In this document: in pieces, positions 53,108 through 63,481 of the stretch
How positions within the stretch are numbered: the first letter of the stretch is position 1
Layout: every line of letters starts with the position of its first letter
Source of the DNA: Cyanophyceae cyanobacterium
Lineage (GTDB): Bacteria > Cyanobacteriota > Cyanobacteriia > Cyanobacteriales > Laspinemataceae
NCBI GenBank assembly: GCA_038321985.1
Contig: JBBQFN010000001.1
Span: 288,001-352,000 of the forward strand
Direction: 5' to 3'
DNA: 64,000 bases
Made by a program: the position numbers and the translations under genes
The notes under the pieces: generated by a model
The model's input: only the letters and a program-made list of their open reading frames with translations
Told to the model about the DNA's origin: nothing
The model's database searches: none

Positions 53108-53122
53108 AGAAAAACTGCCTGG

Positions 53123-53512
53123 ATGTCTCCTGAAACAATTCCTAATTCAGAACGACGGATTAAAACTGGGGCCGGATGGCGCATCGGCTGGGACCCCCAA
53201 GCCCAACTCTATCCGGGTTTGGTGGGGGGAGATGATTGGGGCGTCGAGTTAACCGAAGGCGAGTTCAACGACTTTTGTCGATTATTGGCCCAACTAGCAA
53301 CGACGATGAATCAAATGGCATCGGAGTTGATGGACTCGGAACGGATCGCTTGTGAAGCCGAAAGCGATGTCCTGTGGATGGAGGTCGAAGGCTATCCCTC
53401 TGCTTATGGTCTTCATGTTATTCTGAGTACAGGACGGCGTTGCGAGTTTAGTTGGTCTACCTCAGCAGTACCTGGACTCGTTGAGGCGGCACAGTTGTTA
53501 AAAATTTTTTAA
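53123..53512 (+). CDS. DUF1818 family protein
   Basis: GAGWRIGWD...LVGGDDWGVELT...GRRCEFSW. Confidence 0.85.
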   Translation: MSPETIPNSERRIKTGAGWRIGWDPQAQLYPGLVGGDDWGVELTEGEFNDFCRLLAQLATTMNQMASELMDSERIACEAESDVLWMEVEGYPSAYGLHVILSTGRRCEFSWSTSAVPGLVEAAQLLKIF

Positions 53513-53520
53513 TCACCCTA

Positions 53521-53549
53521 TTGCGTGGATAAAAAGTTTATGTTAGGAT
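53521..53549 (+). promoter_or_regulatory. Sigma70-type promoter of tRNA-Pro
   Basis: TTGCGT-17 nt-TAGGAT, ending 13 nt before the tRNA. Confidence 0.7.
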
Positions 53550-53562
53550 AGTAAAGCGTCGT

Positions 53563-53636
<74 letters not shown>

Positions 53637-54206
53637 CTTAGAAAAACTAAAACCGCAGTTCGGTTTTAGGAAATCAACAGAATAAAAGGAACGTCGAGTC
53701 TTCTACCGAGTAGAAATTCGGCGTTCTTTTTTGCAGGGAGTCGCCCACCCGAAAGGAGGAAAACTGGGAATTCTGAAGTTGAAAGCACACAAAAGGAACC
53801 AGGCGAAGATAGGATCATCCCTTGTCAATTTTGAACCGCGTTTCAGAATTCCCAGCATTTTCTGGATGTTAGATTATTTCCAGTCTAACGATGGGCTACA
53901 GCTTTGAATTCTATCTAAAGCAGGGAAGTTATGTTAACTTTTCCAGTAGTAATTAATACAAATCAGATAAATAAGGGTTCAAAATAGACTGGATAATTGA
54001 AGTTCTATGGAACCCAAATAGAGGGGGATCTCACTTTACTTTCAATTTTGTTCCCTGTAGATATCTTGCGGGTCTCAAATTTTTTTAATCCTAAAGTCTA
54101 GTTAATAATTATTACTATACCTTGTAGTTGAAAAAATATCTGAATAGAGGGTAGAGAGTATCAATAAAAAAAAGAAAGCTGCTTCCCTTCAGGCCCCCTT
54201 GTTTCT

Positions 54207-54425
54207 TTATGCTTGGAGTTGATTCCACAACCGCTTGATTTCCTGCGAACTTTCAAATCTTGACATTTTTCCTTTCATTTCTAGTTCTCGGATCACCGAA
54301 ACTTGGTGACCAAACTCTCGCAAATTAGCCGGATCTGCCCGAAGTTCAGGAAGAAAGTTCCCTTGAGAAACAGGAGGAGATTCAGCCGAGTTAAATTTTT
54401 CTTGATTTTTAGGGGTGTTACTCAT
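54207..54425 (-). CDS. Small conserved cyanobacterial protein
   Basis: ANLREFGHQVSVIRELEMKGK...EIKRLWNQL pattern; GGAGG RBS before ATG 54425. Confidence 0.65.
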   Translation of the reverse strand: MSNTPKNQEKFNSAESPPVSQGNFLPELRADPANLREFGHQVSVIRELEMKGKMSRFESSQEIKRLWNQLQA

Positions 54426-55599
54426 AGAGTCCTCCACCGTAAACAATTAAAAAAGAAGATTATATGAAGCTAAAATTTAGAGGGTTTCAGATCAACTCCC
54501 GGGAGTCGGTTGGGCCGACGATCGCATCGCTTGAGGAATACAACAGTGTCTCGGCAGCCGGCGAGATTCCTTTTGTGCGAATGAAACCGAGGTTAGGGTA
54601 TCTAAACCCGTTAATTTTTCCGGGTAGAAGTTGAAAAATTGGTTTTTCATAAATTTGATAAAAGATAAATAAAAAAGATTGTGAGTGCTACATTTGCTCC
54701 CCAAATAGAGCCTAAAAAAATAGTCTTTAGCCTTTTAAACGCAAAATTAATTAAATGCCTCCTTTCTTTTTTGATAATGCTAATTTATCGTGTTTGGAGG
54801 CAAAGCTCCTTCTACCGAAAGGAGAGATTTATTGTAAGGAGTGTTAAGTTGCCGTGTAAAAATAAATACATTAAGCGCCAGATTACCTGGAGAAAGCTAT
54901 ACGGGGCCGAGTTAGCGCCTAGACAAAGCAGGATCAGGGGATCGAGTTGGAGGTCCCGTATTGATTTAAACTGGCGGCAATGAGTGGGCGGATTGGGCGG
55001 CCCTGGTGACCTTAAATTATTATGAAGTATAAGTTAAAACCGGGCGATCGCCTGGGTAAAATATTCGTAAGGACAAGGGGTAATGGTAAGGGAGGCTAAA
55101 CTTATCGTGAGTCAATAGGGACTACGCTTAAGTCCACCCCCAAGGAAGTCATTTACATTTTTCGGAGGCGTTTTGTCAATAAATTGTCAAAAACGAAGGC
55201 GATTAACCCCGGACAAATAAAGGGCTAGAGTTACGAAGCGGATCAAGTCATCGCTAAACCCATTAAGATTGAGTCAATAGAGGAATTGCCGAGTTTAGGA
55301 ACCACCTATTTTTAAGGGGGATAAACAGGAGGAATTTGTTTCTAATTTTGCCAGAATTTTAGTAGAAGAATTGCCCAAATCTGAATCGGTGCCATAACAT
55401 TCATTTATTAAGCGTTATCGTTTCCCTAATAGGCTTCTTTACCCTGAAGAAATTATGAAAATAGGGAGCGCTTAATTTCTTGAATTTATCCACCCGTCTA
55501 ATGTCCAGTTAAAAATAAAAAATTGTGGCTGTGAATCAATCCGAACAGGTTTTTCCGGTGAATTTCAACCCCGCAATACACAATAACTCCTCGACTACT

Positions 55600-56770
55600 A
55601 TGGAAGTTTTAGTGTATTATATCGAGGGACTCAACAAGCGAGTCAGCGATTTATATTGACCCTTCTGTGCCGCCCTTAGATCCCCTCTTGCCTCACGCTT
55701 TCAAAGAACTTGCCACGGCTTCAGAAATCCTAAAATTGGCTGTGGAACTCCTGGAGAGTCAGCAAACGGAATTAGCGCGATCCCATCAAGACCTAGAGGA
55801 AGAACGCCAGGGTTATCAAACCCTATTTGAGGGCGCAACGCAACCTTACCTAGAGATTGATCAATCCGGAATGATTCAATCCGCTAACCGTGCCGCTGCT
55901 CTTCTCTTGAAGACTCCCCAGGAGTTTCTACCGGAAAAATCCATGAGCATTTTTATCGACCCATTGAGAATTTATAACAGAGACGATATCCTGAATCGGC
56001 TAAAAGATAAAAATTCGTTGCCAAAAACCTGCCGAGTCCCTCTCCCCCCCACACCAAGGGGAACCCCTGGAAGCCACTTTAAGCATTTCGGCGATCGGCA
56101 CCGATCAAATCAAGGGAGACATCTATCTGATCAGCCTACGTGAGATTACGGATGGTTTAAGCGATGTCACCGCCTCAGAATGGAAAAACTACCATTCCCA
56201 GGCCGATCGCCAGGTCTATGTTTACACCAGAGGCGAGGTGATCCCCATCAAACCCCAAACGATTTGGATTGTAAATAAGGGCTGGGTGAAACTGAGTACC
56301 TTAAGTGAAAAGGGAGAAGAAGTCGCGATTGGATTTCCCGGAGAACAGATGCCGTTTGGTCCGTCGTTAACCGCACTTCCGATTTACCAGGCGATCGCCC
56401 TGTCGGATCGCGTGGAGTTAACCTATCTTTCCCTAGAGGACGTTTCGAGATCCCCTCGTCTGAGAGAGTTTTTGCTGAGTGGACTCCATCAGCGCCTGCG
56501 TCAAATGGAATTATTGTTAGCCGTTTAAGCCGGCGACGAACCCTCGATCACTCTGTGTGTTTACTAGAGATTCTTAAAGGGGAAATGGGGGAATTTGTTA
56601 AAGACGGGACTCGCCTCCAGGTTCGCCTGACTCATCAGGATTTGGCCGACGCCTGCGGGACGACCCGAGTTACCATGACGAAATTGCTCAAGCAGTTACA
56701 AAAAGAGGGAAAAATTGCGATGGATTCGCGCAACCATATCATTCTGCGGGAATCGGGGATCCAGAGATAA
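55600..56770 (+). pseudogene. Frameshifted coiled-coil/PAS-Crp family transcriptional regulator
   Basis: Four consecutive segments in changing frames give PAS, cNMP-binding (GWVKLSTL...G) and Crp HTH (LTHQDLADACGTTRVTMT); shifts near 55660, 56050 and 56525. Confidence 0.85.
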
Positions 56771-56857
56771 AAAGGATAGAATAGGCCCTTGGAGATCCGG
56801 AAAGCTCGCAGCACAATAAAATAGAAAAGAGAAATGCGACGGGAGGTTAGCGCGAAG

Positions 56858-58069
56858 ATGGTCAGGGAAATTTGGCAAAGCCTGAGAGGTTTAGTGGGAG
56901 AAAAACGCAGCAGTCCGGAACTCCAAGAACCCGAAGAATTGGCTTCGTCACTGCCGCCGCTGGAAGATGAGGATTATGAATTGCTCTTTACCCAGATTGT
57001 GGAAGGATTGCGCTTGGGTTGGGACCGCGATCGCGTCCAAGAGTTTTTAGGGGCGCTCGGTTGGCGCGGGGATTTCCATTTATGGGCGGATTGGTTGCGC
57101 CGCTTTGGCGATCGCCTCCTAGGGCAGGAAAATTCTAACCCAGAATGGGGGGTGCGTCTGGTGCAGTTGGGGCGCTTGGACTGTGGAGAATTGAGTCAAG
57201 TGTCCCTGAAAATCGGGACGGGATTAATGGAGCGTCAAATGCCCGCCCCTACGCCACCAGCGACCCCCGCCCCAGCCCTAGCGCCGCCCCAAGATGCCCC
57301 CTCTTGGTTTGGGGAAGGGAATCTCAAACTGAATGCCGGAGATTGGGCAGGGGCGATCGCCGCCTATCGAGAAGCCCTCAAGCTCAAACCTGATTATTTG
57401 GAAGCCTGGAGTAATTTGGGGGCAGTGCTGTTTTATTCCCAACAGTATCCAGACGCTTTGGAAGTATTTGATCGCGCCCTTGCCCTGCAAAGCGAGAATG
57501 CAAGTTTGTGGTTTAATCGGGGCTTTACCCTGTCCTTGTTAGAGCGTCCCGCTGAGGCGATCGCCGCTTATGAAAAAGCCCTGCAACTTCAGCCAGATTT
57601 GGTGGTAGCCTGGCAAAATCGCGGCGTTGATTTGATGCATTTGGAACAGCATCAAGAGGCGGTGCGGTGTTTTGAGCAGGCGATTCAACTCAAGCCAGAT
57701 TTTGGCGAAGCCTGGAATAGTCGCGGCAATGCGTTATTCAAATTAAACCGTTATGAAGATGCAGTCACCAGTTACGATCGCTCCCTAGAATTGCAGAGTG
57801 ACCGGGCTGAAACCTGGTTTAATCGAGGATTAGCTTTAGCCGCTGATAACCAATCCTCCGAGGCGATCGCCTCCTTTGATCGGGTCATTTCTCTACAACC
57901 AAATAATTTTGAAGCCTGGGTTAATCGAGGTTTAACCTTGATGAGCAGCCAACGATTTTTAGAGGCGATCGCCTCCTTTGATCGCGCTCTGGAAGCTAAT
58001 CCGAACGACTCCCATGCCATAGGCTACCGCCAACAAGCCCAGGATCTACTGGAACAGGCGGCTTCTTAA
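56858..58069 (+). CDS. TPR repeat protein
   Basis: About seven 34 aa repeats of the AWxNRG...AIASFDRAL type; alternative start at 56834. Confidence 0.92.
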   Translation: MVREIWQSLRGLVGEKRSSPELQEPEELASSLPPLEDEDYELLFTQIVEGLRLGWDRDRVQEFLGALGWRGDFHLWADWLRRFGDRLLGQENSNPEWGVRLVQLGRLDCGELSQVSLKIGTGLMERQMPAPTPPATPAPALAPPQDAPSWFGEGNLKLNAGDWAGAIAAYREALKLKPDYLEAWSNLGAVLFYSQQYPDALEVFDRALALQSENASLWFNRGFTLSLLERPAEAIAAYEKALQLQPDLVVAWQNRGVDLMHLEQHQEAVRCFEQAIQLKPDFGEAWNSRGNALFKLNRYEDAVTSYDRSLELQSDRAETWFNRGLALAADNQSSEAIASFDRVISLQPNNFEAWVNRGLTLMSSQRFLEAIASFDRALEANPNDSHAIGYRQQAQDLLEQAAS

Positions 58070-58309
58070 CCCCTGTTGGAGGGAGGCAATGGGGCGATCG
58101 CTGATTTCCCCTCTCTTTTCCTCTAAATCTTCCTCCCAAATCATGAGTAGAGGTGACTACTCTGGCTAATAAATTTTGTGGGTTACCGCAACTTATTTGA
58201 AGGGAATAAGAGAAACTCTTGAGCAGAACGTTCCTACTTTCTTGCATTCCCAGAGGATTAATCGGTAAAAATAAGAAACCAACCGACTCCAGAAAAACAG
58301 GATTTTATC

Positions 58310-58516
58310 ATGACCATTTGGGTAAACGAACAAATCGATCCGTCCGGACTCGTCTATGCTTGCATTGCCTGTTGCGATGAAATACAAGCACAATCCTGTT
58401 ATGACTCCTTTATGAACAACCTCAGCGATGAACAAAAAACAACAGGTTGGAGCGTCAAAATGCGAACCGTAGAGTCCTGGGATGAAGTACCCGTTAGCGC
58501 GTTGAAATTAGCATAA
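58310..58516 (+). CDS. Conserved small cyanobacterial protein
   Basis: MTIWVNEQIDPSGLVYACIACC...VESWDEVPVSALKL; function not established. Confidence 0.8.
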   Translation: MTIWVNEQIDPSGLVYACIACCDEIQAQSCYDSFMNNLSDEQKTTGWSVKMRTVESWDEVPVSALKLA

Positions 58517-58536
58517 GGGAGACTGTCATCGAAATG

Positions 58537-58589
58537 GGGGAGAATATTCAAAGTCACGAGTTACTGTCATTACTTTGAATATTCTCCCC
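58537..58589. terminator. 18 bp perfect inverted repeat between convergent genes
   Basis: GGGGAGAATATTCAAAGT ... ACTTTGAATATTCTCCCC. Confidence 0.6.
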
Positions 58590-58600
58590 AATGCTTACTC

Positions 58601-59695
58601 TCAAATCGGCGGTTGCTTACGAACACGGGGTAATTTCAATTGAAGGGGACTGAGAATTTGGTTGAGGAGGCGGAGTTGTTCCGTGGTTCCCATGCAAATG
58701 AGAGTATCTCCCACCATCAGGATCGTGTCAGCGGTGGGTCCACCGATGAGATGTCCATCGGCGCGGCGAATAGCCAAAACTAGAGCACCGGAGTGCGATC
58801 GCAGTTTGGCATCCCGCAAGGTTTCTCCCGCTAAGGGACAACTCTCGGCATCAATCAAAAACTCTTCTAAATAAAAGGTGCGATCAGCACCGGCAATAAT
58901 CCCATCCACAAAATCCATCACTTGGGGTCGCAACGCCGCTGCTGCCATCCGCCGACCCCCAGTAATGTAGGGAGAAACCACCGCATCGGCACCACTGCGC
59001 TGTAACTTTTGCACCGCTTCTTCACTATTGGCGCGGCAAATCGTCCGGATTTTGGGGTTTAAGGTTTTGGCAGAAATTAACGTATAGAGATTTTCCGCAT
59101 CCGAGGGCATCGCCGTCACCAAACATATCCCCCGTTCGATGCCAACCGCTAACAAAGTCCCATCCAGAGTAGCATCTCCTTGAATGGCAATATACCCGAG
59201 TTGCTGCGCCTGTTGAACCACCTCGGCAGAGTTGTCAATCACCAAGAAGGGAATCCCTTCAGCGCTGAATTCATGGGCAATCTGACGCCCGGTGCGACCA
59301 AATCCACAAATAATGTAATGCTCAGATAAAGTATCAATCAAGCGTCGTTGTCTTCTACTTTTGAGTTCGTCTTGGAAATATCCTTCAATAATAGCTTCTG
59401 TAAAGCGGTTAACGATATATCCGATGCTGACCAATCCCATAGCAATTAAGGAAATGGTAAATAAACGACCGCGATCGCCTAACGGTTGGACTTCCAGAAA
59501 TCCCACCGTAGACAGGGTAATCGCTGTCATATAAACGGCATCTATCCACCGCCATCCTTCTATCAGTCTATACCACAGGATCCCTATCAAGGCAACGGAA
59601 ACGAGGGCCAGTCCACCCCCGAGTAATTGTTGCCGAATCCGTCGGTACTTGTAATTGATATCGGTTGTTACCTTTAAAAAATGATTTGAATTCAC
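58601..59695 (-). CDS. Two-TM K+ channel with RCK (TrkA-N/TrkA-C) domains
   Basis: DAVYMTAITLSTVGF pore, HYIICGFGRTG, GDAT, VVSPY, LVLAIRR; start uncertain. Confidence 0.9.
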   Translation of the reverse strand: MNSNHFLKVTTDINYKYRRIRQQLLGGGLALVSVALIGILWYRLIEGWRWIDAVYMTAITLSTVGFLEVQPLGDRGRLFTISLIAMGLVSIGYIVNRFTEAIIEGYFQDELKSRRQRRLIDTLSEHYIICGFGRTGRQIAHEFSAEGIPFLVIDNSAEVVQQAQQLGYIAIQGDATLDGTLLAVGIERGICLVTAMPSDAENLYTLISAKTLNPKIRTICRANSEEAVQKLQRSGADAVVSPYITGGRRMAAAALRPQVMDFVDGIIAGADRTFYLEEFLIDAESCPLAGETLRDAKLRSHSGALVLAIRRADGHLIGGPTADTILMVGDTLICMGTTEQLRLLNQILSPLQLKLPRVRKQPPI

Positions 59696-60550
59696 AAAAA
59701 TAACCGCGCCTTTTATAACTATTAATCGTCCCGATTGAACTGATGTCCCGGATTTTATTTGGGACAAAAAACATGGAAAAAGGCGCTGCTAGTCATTAAT
59801 TTCATCACGATTTGAATGAAACTTACGGACAATTGGGGGAAGGTTAGGAACGGTAAAAAAACCCTGATAAAAACTTAGAGTTTGGGGTCTGGGATACTTT
59901 ACCATATCGATGGAAACTTCTCCGGTAGAAGGGAATTATCAGTTCTGCCAGAGGGTGAACTATTCGCCCATCTTATCCGTGAACCTGAGTAATTTTACTC
60001 CCCAAGCTCTCCGGATCGGAAATCCACTGGACTTGATATTTTAGGAATCGGATGGGGGGTCTGCTTGAAGGGCGATCGCAGCTATCTCCCAGGCAAAAGA
60101 GCCACTACTTCTACGATGAGTCATGGAACCCTGACATTTTGGGGGCCTTAGTGATTTTTCTCAGCCACAGGGACCTACCGCCGAGGGACCGATAGCCCAG
60201 GAAATCCTTAAGTTTTTGAAAAATTTGTCTGCATCGCTATCCTTGGGGTACAGTGTTCTATCTGGGACCGTTCCCGGCTTCTACAGGGGCTTATCTCCAG
60301 CCTTTTTCCCCAAATTCCTCAGTAAGAGGATGGCATATTTTCCCATTCTAAAATTAACAAGAATTCTGGGAAAAGTCAAGCCTATTTTGAGGAATGTTTG
60401 CCCAGTCCTGTTGATCAATTGAGTAGGTGAAAGGGAATAAAATTTTAATGATCTTAACCTAAAAATGACGAGCAGTTAGCTAGGATAAAATGTAATTCTC
60501 AGCAAGTTGCAGCCAACCGGCGTAAAAACTCAGGAAAAAAGGAGCAAGTA

Positions 60551-61822
60551 GTGAGTCCAGAAACCCTAATTTCAACGCCCCATCTCGAAACGAATCCATC
60601 AGTTTTTGACCCTGCCGAATTTGATGCAGCGGTGATGACGACATACGGACGCTTTCCCCTGGCCCTAGAACGGGGTCGGGGATGCCGGGTCTGGGATACT
60701 GAAGGAGGAGAATACCTGGATTTTGTGGCCGGGATTGCCACCTGTACACTCGGACACGCGCACCCCGCAATGGTCAAAGCAGTGACGGAACAAATCCAAA
60801 AACTGCATCACGTTTCTAATTTGTATTATATTCCCGAGCAAGGGGCGTTAGCACAATGGTTAGTTAACCACTCTTGCGCCGATCGCGTCTTTTTCTGTAA
60901 CTCGGGTGCAGAAGCGAATGAAGGGGCGATTAAACTGGCCCGCAAATACGCTCACACCGTCTTAAATATCGACAATCCGGTAATTTTAACCGCCCACGCT
61001 AGTTTCCACGGACGGACCCTCGCCACAATTACCGCCACGGGTCAACCTAAATATCAGAAGAATTTTGACCCGTTGGTGCCGGGATTTGCTTATGTACCCT
61101 TTAATGATATTGATGGGCTCAAAGCTGCGATCGCCGAATTGGATGGAGGACCCCAGCGCCGGGTAGCAGCGATTCTCCTAGAACCGCTACAGGGAGAAGG
61201 CGGTGTCTGTCCCGGGGATGTGAGTTACTTCCAGGCCGTCCGGCAAATTTGCGATGAAACCGGCATTTTACTGATTTTAGACGAAGTACAGGTGGGAATG
61301 GGCCGCTCTGGGAAGCTGTGGGGATATGAAAACCTCGGCATTGAACCGGATATCTTTACTTCGGCGAAAGGGTTAGGCGGGGGAGTCCCTATTGGGGCAA
61401 CATTATGTAAATCCAGTTGTAATGTCTTCCAACCCGGAGATCATGCCAGCACTTATGGGGGGAATCCCTTCGCCTGTGGAGTGGCCCTCACGGTCTGTCA
61501 AACCCTGGAACAGGAGAATTTGTTAGAAAATGCCGCACAACGGGGGGAACAATTACGCCAGGGATTACGGGCGATCGCCACTCAATATCCGCATCTGATT
61601 GCGGAGGTGCGCGGTTGGGGACTGATTAATGGTTTGGAACTGACGGCTGAGTGCAAAATGACTTCTATCGAGATTGTCAAAGCGGCAATGGCAGCCGGAT
61701 TATTACTCGTTCCCGCAGGACCGAAGGTGGTGCGGTTTGTTCCACCTTTGATTGTTACTGAGTCTGAAGTCGAGGAAGCATTAGCGACGATTGGTCAGGC
61801 ACTGGCCCTCCTCGATGTTTAA
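60551..61822 (+). CDS. argD: Acetylornithine aminotransferase
   Basis: YLDFVAGIA, CNSGAEANE, SFHGRT, EPLQGEGG, DEVQVGMGRSG, AKGLGGG, HASTYGGNP. Confidence 0.93.
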   Translation: MSPETLISTPHLETNPSVFDPAEFDAAVMTTYGRFPLALERGRGCRVWDTEGGEYLDFVAGIATCTLGHAHPAMVKAVTEQIQKLHHVSNLYYIPEQGALAQWLVNHSCADRVFFCNSGAEANEGAIKLARKYAHTVLNIDNPVILTAHASFHGRTLATITATGQPKYQKNFDPLVPGFAYVPFNDIDGLKAAIAELDGGPQRRVAAILLEPLQGEGGVCPGDVSYFQAVRQICDETGILLILDEVQVGMGRSGKLWGYENLGIEPDIFTSAKGLGGGVPIGATLCKSSCNVFQPGDHASTYGGNPFACGVALTVCQTLEQENLLENAAQRGEQLRQGLRAIATQYPHLIAEVRGWGLINGLELTAECKMTSIEIVKAAMAAGLLLVPAGPKVVRFVPPLIVTESEVEEALATIGQALALLDV

Positions 61823-62029
61823 TATCTGACCGCAGCTTTGACTAGGGGCGATCGCACACCCGGTTTCTCTTTGGGAACCGGGTTTTAAAGGTTTTCCTCT
61901 CCACGACATCGGTTGATCCAGAAACGTAAAACCAGCAATTTCTAACTCATTAGGCCAAATTCTCCCCGGGGGATATAGAGGCAGATTTTTTGTCACCAGA
62001 GGGGCAAAATCCTATACAATCATCAATTT

Positions 62030-63306
62030 TAGAGGGCGTTTCGGAAGTGCGGACGGTGGATGTGCAATTAGCCGATGCAGAGGTAGATAATGCGATCGCA
62101 GCAGAAGCAGAAGCCCAGGCGCGTCAGGATGAAGCCTATGTGCGCTCACTCATTGACGGTCAAGCGATCGCCATCCATAGGTTTCGGGTTTAACGAATTT
62201 ACAAGTAGAGGTGATCATTGCCACAGTGCCAGCGGAAACTTTAAATAATCGCCCTTCCGGTCCCGGAGATCTATCCATGACAACTCCCGAGTAAACTTGC
62301 TCCCTAATTATACTCCGAAAAATTCCCTTAGCTTGGTTGCAATTGTCTCGTGAAAAAAGCCGTCTGTTGGTGGCGATCGCCGGGATTGCTTTTGCTGACA
62401 TTTTGAGGTTTATACAATTGGGATTCCGCGATGCACTGTTTGATAGTTCGACTCGGTTACACAAGAGTTTGACCGGAGATATCGTGTTAATCGGTCTGCG
62501 ATCGCAGGCATTAATTTCGATGCCATCTTTTTCACGCCGTCGCCTCTACCAAACTGTGGCGGTCCCCCAAGTCCAATCGGTGAGTCCGTTATATATTGGG
62601 ATCGGAACAATGCTAATCTGGAGGAAATTAAACGCTCGGATATCGTATTATTTGACTGCGATGCTCGTCCAGAGTTTGGGCCAATTCCTCAGTTATTACA
62701 GGAAGAGCAGAAAGTAAAAACCGAAGTCGGAGGCCGCAAAATTCAAGTAATAGGATTATTTAGTTTAGGAGCTTCTTTTGGGGCGGATGGTAGTTTAGTT
62801 ACCAGTGAATTAACTTTTTTAAGATTGTTTAAAAAGCGGAAAATTAGGGAGGTTGATGTGGGGTTAATTCACCTAAAACTGGGTGCCAATGTGGAAGATG
62901 CGATCGCAGCCATTCAGTCTCACTCCGGCAAAAGGTGCAAATGTCTCTTGATTTACATTCTCAAGCCGGGGACGAGAATAAAATAAAAGCCCAAGCCATT
63001 GCCATGTTAGAATCCGTTGGATTAAGGGAATGGATTGATTGTTATCCGGAAAATCTATCCGGGGGACAAAAACAACGAGTTGCGATCGCCTGAACTCTGG
63101 CGAGTCATCCTCAACTGGTTTTAGCCGATGAACCGACGGCAGCGCTAGATAGTAAATCGGGTTGAGATGTCGTAGAATTAATGCAACCCTTGGCAAAAGA
63201 ACAAGGCTGTACTATCTTGCTGGTGACCCACGACCCCCGGATTTTAGATATTGCCGATCGCATCGTTCCGATGGAAGACGGACGACTCAAGCCGGGGAGG
63301 GGATAG
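62030..63306 (+). pseudogene. Collapsed devB-devC-devA ABC exporter operon
   Basis: Fragments EVRTVDVQLA...AYVRSLIDG and VSGLTNLQVEV (DevB), IPLAWLQLSREKSRLLVAIAGIAFADIL and GASFGADG (DevC), LSGGQ...LADEPTAALD...VTHDPRILD (DevA), with deletions, frameshifts and stops. Confidence 0.88.
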
Positions 63307-63481
63307 GGTTGCAACCCAAGGATTGCAAATGCCTCATAATTCTTTAAACGGGGCGATCGCACCGGGGGATTTCGCTGGCTGGGGTATCGGGTGGTCTTGA
63401 ATTAATCCCCCCTTCAACTGTTGCAAATAAACAGGATAAACTTCCTCATTCATTCTTTCCACCACCTCATCGCGATCGCCT

